Counted from the stretch's first letter, positions 18,727-29,169 are shown. The stretch: DNA of 64,000 bases from Luteolibacter sp. (GCA_030828305.1 JAURCU010000001.1:2820-66819); one strand, 5' to 3'. The notes: generated by a model not told the origin, from the sequence alone. Made by a program: numbers and translations.

Positions 18727-20931
18727 TTAAAAAGCTCCATTCAACTTGCGACCCACCCAGAAGAGGGCAAGCAGAACCACCATTACAATCAATACTGCCC
18801 AGTTCGACCACAGCGGCACACGTGACTCCATCGGTCTGGGTTCAGGCAGGGCATTGATCTCTTTGATCAACTCGGACACCTGCATGGGCTGCACGATGCG
18901 ACCGCGGGCAACCTTGGCCATTTCCTTGAGCACTTCGGGTCTGGCAGGCTGGCCGGTCTTTTCAATTTCCACGCCCTGGGCGAGCAACTTGGTTTCCAGC
19001 GGCTGATCTTGCGCGCCACTGACGACCGCACGGATTTTCCAGGTGCCGGGAAGGTCCACCTTGAAGCGGCCACTGAAAGCGCCCCAGCCTTCCTCGCTCT
19101 TGCGCAAGTCGAGGCGCTTGATGCGTCCGTCGGGCGCGGTGAGATCAACGGTCACCCGTCCATCCTCAAGGGGTGCACCCTTGGCATCGAAGGCATTCGC
19201 GTTGAGGGTGACCGTGGCACCCGGCTCCGGGCGCTCGGGAGTAAAGTAGACGCGAACGCGCTGGCCGGCTGCCATGTTGCGCTGATAGGACATCCAGCGC
19301 GCCACCTGACCCCAGAAGCGGTAATGGTAGAGGTCCTCCACTCCCCGTCGCCAGCGCCAGGCCGAATCAGTTCCCATGAAGAGCACCTTACCGTTGCCGG
19401 CTGGCTTGGTCACCAGTAGTGGGACCAGGCCATACTTGCCACGGCGATTGCCATGGACAGCCAGCACCTCGGTGCCGGCCTTGGATTTGATCACGGGTGC
19501 GTGCCAGAAGAATCCGGGCAAACGGCGCCAGATCTCGGGATTCTCCTCCTCGCTTTCACCGAGCATGGTGAGCAGGGAGCCACGGCCCTCGGTGGTGAGC
19601 ACCAAAGGGGCAGCGATCGGCTCGGAATGCCCCTCGCGCTGCTTGTCGTCCAGCACCACCGGCATCAGGTCGGCCAAATCGGTTTCGAGCAGCGAGAACT
19701 GGTTGCCCTGACTGCCGGGGAGAAAAACCACACCCGACGCCTGATTCTCAACCAGTCCGCGGATCAGCGTGCACTGTTCCTTTGTCAGCTGATCGTTGCC
19801 GATGCCGACGTCACCCAGGAAGATCACATCATACTTCGAGAGCTCTTCCAACTTCTCAGGAAAGGACTGGATGTAGTCACTGCCCGCTCCCGGTCCGAGT
19901 TGCGGGTGGAAGAGCAAACAGGATAGCTCGACACCGGGGTCACGCGAGAGGGCGTTGCGCAAAAAGCGATACTCCCAGCGCGGCTGGCTTTCGACCACCA
20001 GCACCTTGATCTTCTCGGGTCGTCCGGCAATCACGAACTCACGCGCATTGTTGGCATCTACCAGTTCGCCCTCGGCCACCGGCACCGACAGCTCCAACTT
20101 GGTGGCACCCTCCTTGTTAAGGCGCCAAAGCATCGAGTCATAGGTTTCGGAATTGGGCGCCAGGACCAGGTCCTTGGTGATCTCCTTGCCGCTCTCATCG
20201 CGCAGGCGAACCACGGTGCGCACCTGGCGGTCCAGCGAGGAGCGGATGGTGAAGGGAATCTGCACCTTCTCGCCAATCACGCCGTAACTGGGTGCTGCAA
20301 CCTGCATCAGATCGATGTCGGGCAGACGCACCGGGCTGCCCACGGGAATGGGGAAAAGCGGTACTCCGCGCAGGCGCATTTTCTGGGCGGCAGCAACGGG
20401 AGGCTGTCCAAGGTTGTAATCAGCATCCGTAAAGAGCACCACCGCGCGCAGGTTGTCTTCCTTTTCCAAAAGCGAGGAAATCGCCCCTTCAAGATCCGTG
20501 CCGGAAAGGGCCGGCTTGTCCGGGTCGGGAACCGAGAAAGACACCACCTTGACCTCATTCTTGCCATCCTCTTCGAGCGGTGCCCAGATATCGGAAGCCA
20601 ATACCTCCTCCACCCACTCGGCCCGGGCAAGGATGCCGGTCTTGCTGCCAAGATCCCCGGACAACTCCGCATCAATGGTCGTCATGGACTTCGACCGGTC
20701 GGAGAGGATCGCGATCTTGGGCTTGGTGTTTGGATTGATCACCGTCAGCCATTCTGGCTGCCAAAGAAGCACCGCTACCACGATAGCCACCAACATGCGC
20801 ATCGCCTCCAGCACGGCCGAGCGTTTGGGATGCGGGCTACGCTTCCAGCTAAGCCAACACAACACGGCAACGGCAATCAGGCCCGCAATACCAAACAACA
20901 GGGTCAGTGGCGTTGGATTGAGATCAATCAT
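18727..20931 (-). CDS. Membrane protein with vWA-like and glutamine-amidotransferase-like domains (MoxR cluster partner)
   Basis: Two N-terminal TM helices, AILSDRSKSM and VVLFTDAD (MIDAS-like), PRWEYRFLRNAL, YDVIFLGDV, WRWRR, C-terminal TM. Confidence 0.75.
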   Translation of the reverse strand: MIDLNPTPLTLLFGIAGLIAVAVLCWLSWKRSPHPKRSAVLEAMRMLVAIVVAVLLWQPEWLTVINPNTKPKIAILSDRSKSMTTIDAELSGDLGSKTGILARAEWVEEVLASDIWAPLEEDGKNEVKVVSFSVPDPDKPALSGTDLEGAISSLLEKEDNLRAVVLFTDADYNLGQPPVAAAQKMRLRGVPLFPIPVGSPVRLPDIDLMQVAAPSYGVIGEKVQIPFTIRSSLDRQVRTVVRLRDESGKEITKDLVLAPNSETYDSMLWRLNKEGATKLELSVPVAEGELVDANNAREFVIAGRPEKIKVLVVESQPRWEYRFLRNALSRDPGVELSCLLFHPQLGPGAGSDYIQSFPEKLEELSKYDVIFLGDVGIGNDQLTKEQCTLIRGLVENQASGVVFLPGSQGNQFSLLETDLADLMPVVLDDKQREGHSEPIAAPLVLTTEGRGSLLTMLGESEEENPEIWRRLPGFFWHAPVIKSKAGTEVLAVHGNRRGKYGLVPLLVTKPAGNGKVLFMGTDSAWRWRRGVEDLYHYRFWGQVARWMSYQRNMAAGQRVRVYFTPERPEPGATVTLNANAFDAKGAPLEDGRVTVDLTAPDGRIKRLDLRKSEEGWGAFSGRFKVDLPGTWKIRAVVSGAQDQPLETKLLAQGVEIEKTGQPARPEVLKEMAKVARGRIVQPMQVSELIKEINALPEPRPMESRVPLWSNWAVLIVMVVLLALFWVGRKLNGAF

Positions 20932-20958
20932 GTGTTGGCGGGAAAATTGTCATCAACA

Positions 20959-22977
20959 TCAGATATTGGCGTTGCCAGGTCGGGGTGAATGACCCGGGCC
21001 GAGCTGCGCAGAGCGAGTCGGCAGCACCACGGTGGGAGATTTCTTGGGCAGGCAAAGCAGGGCCTCAAGAATGAGAAACAACATGGCGGCAATCAGGAAG
21101 ATGCGCCAAACGTCGCGGGAGAGCCCACTATCATCTTGCTGGCCGGTCTGATCAAACATGCTGTAGTTGACTCCCTCCAGCAACACATCGAGTTGCTCGC
21201 GCGTGAGAATGTCTGGCACGTCCTCGGTCGCGGGGCGGTTGATGGCCAAGACCCGATCACCTGCATCAAAGATGCCGGCCTCGTAGGCGGCATTCGAGGG
21301 ATTGGCCTCGCCGTAGCTGTCAAGACGGCGGCGCACGCCCTCGCCAAGTCTGGCAGTGCCCGGACCCACCTCTCCCTGATGGGCCTGATCGAAACGATCG
21401 GCACCAGCCAACACCATGCGCTGAAGGGCGGGCAGCAGAAGATCGGCGTCGCCTAGGTTGGACCAGCTGTAATCCGGTAGGGAGCCCAAACACCAGATCG
21501 TGCCTTGATTGACAATGCGGCGCGTCAGCATGGCTTCACCGTCATCCCACTTGGCGAGCGGAACCAAGTCACCCTCGGGAATCTGGCGCGCAATCGCCTT
21601 AAGACGATGTCCGGCGAGCGAAGTTCCATCGATGGCATCGCGCAACAGCCCATCCGAACGGTTCCAGCTGTCGAGAATGAAGAACTTATCGGTAGCGGCA
21701 TTCTGGACCGGCGACCAGCGGATACCGAGAAACTCGTCACTGCTTTCCGATCCCGGAGGCAGCAGCATCAGTTGCCCACCTCCGGCAACGAATCTTTCCA
21801 GGGCATCCTGATCGGAACCCTTGGGCAACGGGGCAGCCCAGATCACAGCGGCCAGATCAGTCGTGATTTCCTCGATCGCCTGATCCGGTATCACCAGCTT
21901 GGATTTCAGCCCCCCGAGGCCGGGTGGAGCAGCAAGCAGGGCCAGATAGTCGGCAGCCTCGCCAGCGGGAGCAACCACCATGGACTTGCGATCCAAGGCT
22001 TGACCGTAGGCGAAGAATGCGACGTTGTCGCGTGGGTTGCCGTCTCCGGGAATGGACACCCAGCCGTAGCCGGATTCAGCATTCTCGGCCAGCTGGATGG
22101 TTTTTTGAAAGCGCAGGGCCTGACCATCCATGGTAAGAGAGTCGGTAGTGCTGACACCATTGACCTGAGTGCTCAGAGGCAGAGTGATGGAACTGCGACG
22201 ATCACCCTGACGCAGAATTTCGAGCTCAAGCTGCAGCTGGTCGCCGGTGCGGCGCGCCGCCAGCAGACGAACCGAGGAGTTAAGGTCCGTGGACCCGGTC
22301 ATCGAGAGAACCCGCAGGCGTGGCGAATTGGGCATTGAGTTGAAACTCGCACGCAGGGCGACCCAACCTTCGTCGGCGAGATTCCAGTTAGTGGCCTGAA
22401 GATCGGAAGCAAGCCAGACCTCATTGTTGCCGGAGCTGTCGCGCAACCAGTCGGCGGCGCGATTGAGCATGGCCGCAATATCGGCGGCACCGTCCGTGGC
22501 CGCGGTGAAGGGATGATCAACAAGCACGTCGGGCGAGGGAACCTCCTGCGGGCGTAGTGAAGCGCTATCAATGAGAACCAGCTTGGGATTGCCGAGGTCG
22601 TCCATCGCGTCCCGCACCTTGGCCAGAATGATCTCGCGGCGCGACTTGAGCCCTTCGCCAGCGCGAATCTCCATCGAGGCCGAGCGGTCCAGCAGCAGCA
22701 CGACGGTATCGATTGAGCCACCGCCCCACCCGATGAGCCCCGAGATCACCGGTTTGGCAGCGGCGGCAAAAAGACCTGCCAGCAAGAGACAGCGACAAGC
22801 CAGAATGATGATGTTGCGCAACTTGCGCTTGCCGCGAGATTGGCGCGTGGCCTTGAGCAAGAACTGCATTGCTGCCCACTGGATGGTCTGGTGGCGGCGG
22901 CGGTTGATCAGATGGATGATCACCGGAATAGAGGCGAAGGCCAGGCCCCAGAGAAAGAGTGGAGTGAGGAAAGTCAT
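20959..22977 (-). CDS. BatA-domain / vWA membrane protein
   Basis: MTFLTPLFLWGLAFASIPVIIHLINRRR...WAAMQFL (BatA N-terminus), VLLLDRSASM, C-terminal TM. Confidence 0.85.
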   Translation of the reverse strand: MTFLTPLFLWGLAFASIPVIIHLINRRRHQTIQWAAMQFLLKATRQSRGKRKLRNIIILACRCLLLAGLFAAAAKPVISGLIGWGGGSIDTVVLLLDRSASMEIRAGEGLKSRREIILAKVRDAMDDLGNPKLVLIDSASLRPQEVPSPDVLVDHPFTAATDGAADIAAMLNRAADWLRDSSGNNEVWLASDLQATNWNLADEGWVALRASFNSMPNSPRLRVLSMTGSTDLNSSVRLLAARRTGDQLQLELEILRQGDRRSSITLPLSTQVNGVSTTDSLTMDGQALRFQKTIQLAENAESGYGWVSIPGDGNPRDNVAFFAYGQALDRKSMVVAPAGEAADYLALLAAPPGLGGLKSKLVIPDQAIEEITTDLAAVIWAAPLPKGSDQDALERFVAGGGQLMLLPPGSESSDEFLGIRWSPVQNAATDKFFILDSWNRSDGLLRDAIDGTSLAGHRLKAIARQIPEGDLVPLAKWDDGEAMLTRRIVNQGTIWCLGSLPDYSWSNLGDADLLLPALQRMVLAGADRFDQAHQGEVGPGTARLGEGVRRRLDSYGEANPSNAAYEAGIFDAGDRVLAINRPATEDVPDILTREQLDVLLEGVNYSMFDQTGQQDDSGLSRDVWRIFLIAAMLFLILEALLCLPKKSPTVVLPTRSAQLGPGHSPRPGNANI

Positions 22978-23867
22978 CGTTTGGTCTTCGAGAGGCGTGC
23001 CGTCAGGAACTCACGCATCAGCGGCTCAGCCTCGGTCTCGGTGGTAATCAACTGATAATCGGCATTGGCATCGTGGCATTTGTCGCGCGCCGCATTCATG
23101 AAATCGCGCAAGGCGATCTTGTATTCCTCGGCGATGAGGTTGGGCTCAGCAACAATCGCAGTACCATCCTCCAGATCGACGAAGCGCTTGGGCCGATCGA
23201 ATTCAAAGTCGATCTCTTGCGGATCCATCAAGTGGAAGACGGCGATGTCGTGCTTGCGGTAGCGCAAATGCTGCAGGGCGTCACCCAAATCATCGGGATC
23301 GACAAAAAGATCGGACAGGATGACGACAAGGGCACGCTGGCTGATTTTTTCAGCGATGGCGTGAAGAGCATCCAGCAAGCCGGTTTGCCCACCCGGCTTG
23401 AGATCGTTGAGTGTCGAAAAAATACGCTCGAGGTGCGAGACGTTGCGACTCGGTGGAATTTCCAGATGCAGCTTGTCGGTGCATACCGATAAGCCCGCGG
23501 CATCTCCCTGATTGACCAGTAGGTAGGCAAGGGAGGCAGCAATCTTGCGCGCATAAGCCACCTTGGTGCCGTGTTCGCCCTCGAAGTTCATCGAACCCGA
23601 TGCGTCAACCACGAAGTAGGCCCGAAGGTTGGTATCAGCTTCGAACTCCTTGATGTAAAAGCGATCCGAACGCGCAAACACTTTCCAGTCGAGACGACGT
23701 GTGTCGTCACCCTCAACATACTTGCGGTACTCGGCGAATTCCACCGAGGAGCCGCGATGCGGGGAGCGGTGCTTGCCTGCTACATTGCCCAGCATGGGCG
23801 CGCGCGACTCGAAGGGCAGCGCCCCCAGCCGCGAAAGCAGGTCCGCATCCAGAAAGTCATACTTCAT
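22974..23867 (-). CDS. DUF58 domain protein
   Basis: GKHRSPHRGSSVEFAEYRKYVEGDDTRRLDWKV, VDASGSM, SD. Overlaps both neighbours by 4 bp. Confidence 0.92.
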   Translation of the reverse strand: MKYDFLDADLLSRLGALPFESRAPMLGNVAGKHRSPHRGSSVEFAEYRKYVEGDDTRRLDWKVFARSDRFYIKEFEADTNLRAYFVVDASGSMNFEGEHGTKVAYARKIAASLAYLLVNQGDAAGLSVCTDKLHLEIPPSRNVSHLERIFSTLNDLKPGGQTGLLDALHAIAEKISQRALVVILSDLFVDPDDLGDALQHLRYRKHDIAVFHLMDPQEIDFEFDRPKRFVDLEDGTAIVAEPNLIAEEYKIALRDFMNAARDKCHDANADYQLITTETEAEPLMREFLTARLSKTKR

Positions 23868-24994
23868 GCTTCGCGCATTTCCTCGATGAGACGCTCAATG
23901 ATCTTTTTGGAAGTCATGCCTTGAGACTCGGCCGCAAAGTTGGTCAGCACGCGGTGTGTGAGCACTGCGGGAGCCACGGCTTCGATGTCTTCGAGCGAGG
24001 CCATGTAGGAGCCGCGCAATGCGGCACGCGACTTGGCCCCGAGAATGAGATACTGCACGGCACGAGGTCCTGCACCCCAACCCACGGTATCCTTAATCCA
24101 CTGGGGGGACTCGGGCTGGCCCGGGCGGGTCATGCGCACCATTTTGACGGCGTATTCATAGAGGTGAGCGGGAACAGGCACGCGGCGCACCAACTCCTGA
24201 AAGGCGAGAACCTTTTTACCATCCAGCAGATGGTCGAGCTTCGCCTTGCCCGTGCCGGTGGTCTCCTGAGCAATTCGGATCTCCTCGGCTTCACTTGGGT
24301 AGTCCACTTCAATCAGGAACATGAAGCGGTCTAGCTGGGCCTCGGGCAGAGGATAAGTGCCCTCCTGCTCAATCGGGTTCTGGGTTGCCAAAACGAAGAA
24401 GGGCGGCTCCAGCACATAGTTGCGGCCCAGGACGGTGACCTTAAACTCCTGCATGGCCTCAAGCATGGCGGATTGGGTCTTGGCAGGCGCGCGGTTGATC
24501 TCATCGGCCAGCAGCATGTTTGCGAAAACCGGACCCTTGACGAACTCGAATTCACGACGACCACCCTCACCGGTTTCTTGAATAATGTCGGTGCCGGTAA
24601 TGTCGGCAGGCATCAGGTCGGGTGTGAACTGAATGCGGTTGAAGCTGAGGTCAAAGGTCTCGGCCACCGACGACACCAAGAGGGTTTTGGCCAGCCCCGG
24701 AACCCCCATCAGTAGTGCGTGACCACGGGCAAAGAGCGAAATGGCGAGCTTTTCAATCACATCCTCCTGACCAATGATGACCTTGCCGAGCTCTGCCTTG
24801 AATTGGGCATAGACCTTGCCGAGTTCATCAATGGCGGCGACATCGTCCGGAGGAAGAGTCATCTCAGCAGATTCTGGGGCAGACTCCGTGGCGGCGGTCG
24901 CGGTGGTTTCGGTCGCGACGGCGGCGCCCCCTTCTTCATTGGTGGTCTCCGGCGCTACGCCGGAATTGGTTTCAGGTGTGGAGTCCGTGGTCAT
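23864..24994 (-). CDS. MoxR family AAA+ ATPase
   Basis: GVPGLAKT, RIQFTPDLMPADITG, DEINRAPAKTQSAMLEAMQE, ATQNPIEQEGTYPLPEAQLDRF. Confidence 0.96.
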   Translation of the reverse strand: MTTDSTPETNSGVAPETTNEEGGAAVATETTATAATESAPESAEMTLPPDDVAAIDELGKVYAQFKAELGKVIIGQEDVIEKLAISLFARGHALLMGVPGLAKTLLVSSVAETFDLSFNRIQFTPDLMPADITGTDIIQETGEGGRREFEFVKGPVFANMLLADEINRAPAKTQSAMLEAMQEFKVTVLGRNYVLEPPFFVLATQNPIEQEGTYPLPEAQLDRFMFLIEVDYPSEAEEIRIAQETTGTGKAKLDHLLDGKKVLAFQELVRRVPVPAHLYEYAVKMVRMTRPGQPESPQWIKDTVGWGAGPRAVQYLILGAKSRAALRGSYMASLEDIEAVAPAVLTHRVLTNFAAESQGMTSKKIIERLIEEMREA

Positions 24995-25277
24995 GTGAGT
25001 GGGTAAAAGCTAAGAGCCGCCTTTGTTTTGTCCAGTAAGGAAAGCCTCATATTTCCTTCATTTACTACGATTTTACGGCGAATCTACCATCAGACTGAGA
25101 ACTACTTTGCACACGCGCTCGCCCATGGTGATGCGCGCGACGAGCAATCCCCCCTCTCGAGTCTCATTGATTAAGTTTTGTTGAGGAAAAACAGATGATC
25201 AGTGCCCGCAAAGTGAACCGAACAGCCATAATCAAGCCCCATGACCAAAAGTTGGGGCGAAATTTCCATTTCCGGCT

Positions 25278-25307
25278 TGCCAGCAACGCTTTGTCTGCTA
25301 AATCACC
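25278..25307 (+). promoter_or_regulatory. Possible sigma-70 type promoter for rpsM-rpsK-rpsD
   Basis: TTGCCA, 16 nt spacer, then (GC)TAAATC about 85 nt upstream of the rpsM ATG. Match by eye only. Confidence 0.25.
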
Positions 25308-25390
25308 CGCCCCCGCGGCTCTGCCGAGTTGCGCAAGTACACGCATCCGCGCACCAATTACGACCACCCACCGTCCAACCAACGCCCATC

Positions 25391-25759
25391 ATGGCACGCA
25401 TTCTAGGCATTGAAATTCCCAACGAGAAGCGCATCGAAGCTTCTCTGCCCTACATCTTTGGCATCGGCTCGTCGACCGCCTCCAAAATCCTTGACCAGGC
25501 AGGCATCGATCCTGACATCCGCACCGGTCAACTCAGCGAGGACCAACTCGTCAAGATTGGCCAAATCATCCAAGCCGAATCCATTTTGGTCGAAGGTGAC
25601 CTTCGCCGTGAGCGTCAGGCCCAACTCAAGCGCCTCACTTCCATCAACTGCATTCGCGGCATTCGCCACAAGCGTGGCCTCCCCGTCCGCGGACAACGCA
25701 CCCGCACCAACGCCCGCACCCGCAAGGGCAAGAAGAAGACCGTTGGCGTGAAGAAATAA
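25391..25759 (+). CDS. rpsM: 30S ribosomal protein S13
   Basis: [10 protein letters not shown]...IFGIG...[25 protein letters not shown]. Confidence 0.98.
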   Translation: MARILGIEIPNEKRIEASLPYIFGIGSSTASKILDQAGIDPDIRTGQLSEDQLVKIGQIIQAESILVEGDLRRERQAQLKRLTSINCIRGIRHKRGLPVRGQRTRTNARTRKGKKKTVGVKK

Positions 25760-25780
25760 TTTCCCTCTCCATTTACCACC

Positions 25781-26350
25781 ATGTCAGACGAAACCCCAAA
25801 AAATTCCGCCGAGGAGCAATCCGAGTCGGTTGAGCCCACAGAAGCTCCAGCACCCGCCAACCCTCCCGCCGAGGAAGCTGCCACCGAGGCCGCTGCTGAA
25901 GGCCAAGAGGCCCCCAAGAAAAAGGAAGAGAAAAAGGACATCTTCGCCGAGCTGCTCGGTGAGGAAGAAGCCGTCAAGGTTCACAAAGCCAAGAAGGCCA
26001 AGAACATTGCCAAGGGCATCGTCCACATTACCGCTACTTTCAACAATACGTTGGTCAATGTCACCGACACCAAGGGCAACGCCATTGGATGGTCCAGTGC
26101 CGGCAAGATGGGCTTCAAGGGTTCGCGCAAAAGCACCGCTTACGCCGCCCAGGTGGTTTCACAGGATGCCTGCCGTCAGGCCATGGGCCACGGCCTCAAG
26201 GAAGTTGAAGTCCGTGTCAAGGGACCCGGTTCCGGCCGTGAATCCGCTGTGCGCGCCGTCCAAGGTCTCGGCCTGGAAATCCTCTCCATCCGCGATGTGA
26301 CCCCAATCCCTCATAACGGCTGCCGCCCCAAGAAGGCCCGCCGCGTCTAA
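25781..26350 (+). CDS. rpsK: 30S ribosomal protein S11 with acidic N-terminal extension
   Basis: [48 protein letters not shown]. Confidence 0.97.
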   Translation: MSDETPKNSAEEQSESVEPTEAPAPANPPAEEAATEAAAEGQEAPKKKEEKKDIFAELLGEEEAVKVHKAKKAKNIAKGIVHITATFNNTLVNVTDTKGNAIGWSSAGKMGFKGSRKSTAYAAQVVSQDACRQAMGHGLKEVEVRVKGPGSGRESAVRAVQGLGLEILSIRDVTPIPHNGCRPKKARRV

Positions 26351-26376
26351 TTTTTCATCCTCTACCCTTTCCTACC

Positions 26377-26988
26377 ATGGCACGTTACACCGGTCCCCGC
26401 GCCAAGATCAGCCGCCGCTTTGGCGTCTCGCTCTTCGGCCCCTCCAAAGCAGTCGAACGCCGCAACTTCCCGCCCGGCCAACACGGTCTTCGTGGTGGTC
26501 GTCGCAAGAAAAGCGAATATGCGGTCGCCCTCGGCGAGAAGCAGAAACTGCGTTATCAGTATGGCATCCTCGAGAAGCAATTCCGCGCTTATTACGAGGA
26601 AGCCGCTCGCCGCCGCGGGGTGACCGGCGAAACCATGCTGCAACTGCTCGAGTGCCGCCTCGACAACGTTTGCTACCGCGCAGGCTTTGGCAACACCCGC
26701 CAAGCGGCCCGCCAACTGGTCAACCACGGTCACGTGACCGTCAATGGCATCAAGACCGACATCCCAAGCGCCCAAATCAAGCCGGGTGACGTCGTCAAGA
26801 TCGCTGATAGGCCCTCTTCCCAGCAACTGGCTCTCCGCATGACCGACCTGACCCAGGCCATGCCGTCCACCGAATGGCTCGAAGTCGACAAGGATGCCCT
26901 TCAGGCAACCATGACCCGCGTTCCAGAGCGCGACGACATCGACCCCATCGTCAACGAGCAACTCATCGTCGAGCTCTACTCGCGTTAA
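26377..26988 (+). CDS. rpsD: 30S ribosomal protein S4
   Basis: MARYTGP, EKQKLRYQYG, LECRLDNV, RQLVNHGHV, NEQLIVELYSR. Confidence 0.98.
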   Translation: MARYTGPRAKISRRFGVSLFGPSKAVERRNFPPGQHGLRGGRRKKSEYAVALGEKQKLRYQYGILEKQFRAYYEEAARRRGVTGETMLQLLECRLDNVCYRAGFGNTRQAARQLVNHGHVTVNGIKTDIPSAQIKPGDVVKIADRPSSQQLALRMTDLTQAMPSTEWLEVDKDALQATMTRVPERDDIDPIVNEQLIVELYSR

Positions 26989-27014
26989 TCAGTATATTGC
27001 AACTATTGTTATCG

Positions 27015-27047
27015 AAAGCGCCCGGACGAAAGTCCGGGCGCTTTTTT
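27015..27047 (+). terminator. Strong intrinsic terminator after rpsD
   Basis: AAAGCGCCCGGAC-GAAA-GTCCGGGCGCTTT perfect stem with GAAA tetraloop, then a T run. Confidence 0.9.
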
Positions 27048-27363
27048 AGCAATGAACCATTAGAATCAGGGAACTGCATTTTCCGCATGCCCAGCGCAAG
27101 CAGCGGGCAGCCGGCCCGAAAAACTCAAAACAAGCCGTATTTTTTCAGCCCGCTCTCCGGCAAGCAGGTCGGGTACTTTAATTTCGCGGGTAGACCTAAA
27201 CCTCTTGATCAGGCTTTTCGTAGGAGAAAAAAGTCGGCGGGATGATGCCCCATGATCTTGCCACACAATTCCCCAAGCTCATGAAACTCTCCAATTCTCC
27301 AATTGCTTGTCTGGTTTCCGGGCGTGACAGGCAAGGCAGTCTGCCCGCATCATCCGCTCACTC

Positions 27364-29169
27364 ATGGATGTCCTGCTGATTGCGCTCGGAGCATTGGTGC
27401 TCTACCTGATTGCCTACCACACCTACGGGCGCTGGCTGGCTCGTCGCATTTTCAAGCTCGATGCCAACAACAAAGCCCCTTCCATCGAGCTTGAGGATGG
27501 CACTGACTACGTACCGACCTCGAAGGGTGTGGTCTTTGGTCACCACTTCACCTCGATTGCCGGAACGGGTCCCATTGTGGGTCCTGCTTTGGCCGTGATC
27601 TGGGGTTGGGTGCCCGCGCTCCTGTGGGTGCTCTTCGGATCGATTTTGATTGGTGCGGTCCATGACTTCGGCTCATTGGTGGTTTCCATGCGCAACAAGG
27701 GTCAGACCATCGGGGATGTCGCCGGGCGCATCCTCACTCCGCGCAGCCGTATCCTGTTTCTCTCCATCCTGTTTCTCGCGGTCACCATTGTCTTGGCTAT
27801 CTTCGGCTTGGTGATCGCGTCGGTGTTCAAGATGTTCCCCGCCTCCATTTTCCCCTGCCTGGTTCAGATCCCGGTGGCAATGGCCATTGGCCTTTGGCTT
27901 CATCGCAATGGCAAATCCCTACTCATTCCTTCCCTGCTGGCTCTAACCCTGATGTATCTGACGGTGTGGCTGGGCGACTGGGGCTTCCTGCATGCCTTCA
28001 ATGAATTCATGTCCGGGCTCCCGATAATCGGCTGGGTCGCCATCCTCCTGATCTACTCCTATGTCGCTTCGGTGCTGCCGGTGTGGACGCTGCTCCAGCC
28101 CCGCGACTACATCAACTCACTGCAGCTACTCTCCGCTCTCGGTCTCATCATCATCGGCTTGCTGGTTGCTGCAATCTTTGGCTTTGGCGAGCCGTCGAGG
28201 AGTCTCGAAATAGTTGCACCTGCTATCCGCGTGGGTGAGCATGCCCCGGAAGGCGCGCCCTACATCTTTCCTTTCCTATTCATCACCATCGCCTGTGGTG
28301 CGATCTCGGGCTTCCACTGTCTTGTTTCATCGGGCACTTCCTCCAAGCAACTCAGGACCGAAACCGACGCCCAGTTCGTGGGTTATGGATCCATGCTGAC
28401 CGAAGGCTTTCTTGCGGTGTTAGTCATTCTCGCCTGCGTTGCCGGCTTGGGTCTTGGCATCCCCGAAATCATTGATGACAAAAATACCGGCTCGTTGATC
28501 ACTGGCGAAGCCGCTTATCAGGCTCGCTATGGTAGCTGGCAGTCTGCAGGCGGTCTTGCTGCCAAGGTGGGTGCCTTTGTGGATGGTAGCGCCAACTTAC
28601 TCAAGGCTCTAAAGATTGATGCGGCTTTCGCCGTGGCCTTGATGGGTGTCTTTGTGGCCTCATTCGCTGCCACCACCCTCGACTCTGCCTGTCGCCTTCA
28701 GCGCTACGTCACCCAGGAGCTGGCAGCTGCCATTGGAGTTACTGCACTGACGAGAAAACACGCTGCTACAATTTTTGCCGTACTGATTGCCGGTGCGCTT
28801 GCATCGGTGCCGCCCCCGGGTGGCGCTTGGGAACTGCAGAACCTGGGCAAGGGTGGTCTGATACTCTGGCCCTTGTTTGGCGCCACCAATCAATTGCTCG
28901 CGGGTCTGGCTTTTCTCGTCATTCTGTTCTGGTTGCGACGACGTGGCTTGCCCAACTGGTTCATCGCCATTCCGGCAGGCTTCATGCTGGCCTTGCCGGC
29001 CATTGCCATGCTTATTCAGCTTTTTGTCGGCAAGGGCGCATGGCTGACAGGTGACAGCCCCAACTACCCACTTGGCGGCATCGGCATCGCCACCATCATG
29101 CTTGAAGTCTGGATCATCCGAGAAGCCCTTGGTGTCTGGAATAAGGCCAAGGGAGTCCTAGAAATCTGA
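27364..29169 (+). CDS. cstA: Carbon starvation protein A (peptide/pyruvate transporter family)
   Basis: GHHFTSIAGTGPIVGP, GAVHDFG, PRDY, ITIACGAISGFH, YGSMLTEG, WPLFGATNQLLA; many TM helices. Confidence 0.95.
   Translation: MDVLLIALGALVLYLIAYHTYGRWLARRIFKLDANNKAPSIELEDGTDYVPTSKGVVFGHHFTSIAGTGPIVGPALAVIWGWVPALLWVLFGSILIGAVHDFGSLVVSMRNKGQTIGDVAGRILTPRSRILFLSILFLAVTIVLAIFGLVIASVFKMFPASIFPCLVQIPVAMAIGLWLHRNGKSLLIPSLLALTLMYLTVWLGDWGFLHAFNEFMSGLPIIGWVAILLIYSYVASVLPVWTLLQPRDYINSLQLLSALGLIIIGLLVAAIFGFGEPSRSLEIVAPAIRVGEHAPEGAPYIFPFLFITIACGAISGFHCLVSSGTSSKQLRTETDAQFVGYGSMLTEGFLAVLVILACVAGLGLGIPEIIDDKNTGSLITGEAAYQARYGSWQSAGGLAAKVGAFVDGSANLLKALKIDAAFAVALMGVFVASFAATTLDSACRLQRYVTQELAAAIGVTALTRKHAATIFAVLIAGALASVPPPGGAWELQNLGKGGLILWPLFGATNQLLAGLAFLVILFWLRRRGLPNWFIAIPAGFMLALPAIAMLIQLFVGKGAWLTGDSPNYPLGGIGIATIMLEVWIIREALGVWNKAKGVLEI

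Noticed and set aside
24995-25390. 400 bp region upstream of rpsM as a possible rpmJ gene or structured leader
   Set aside because: No MKVR..CxxC..C..H pattern and no fold I can support; it is adequately explained by divergent promoters.
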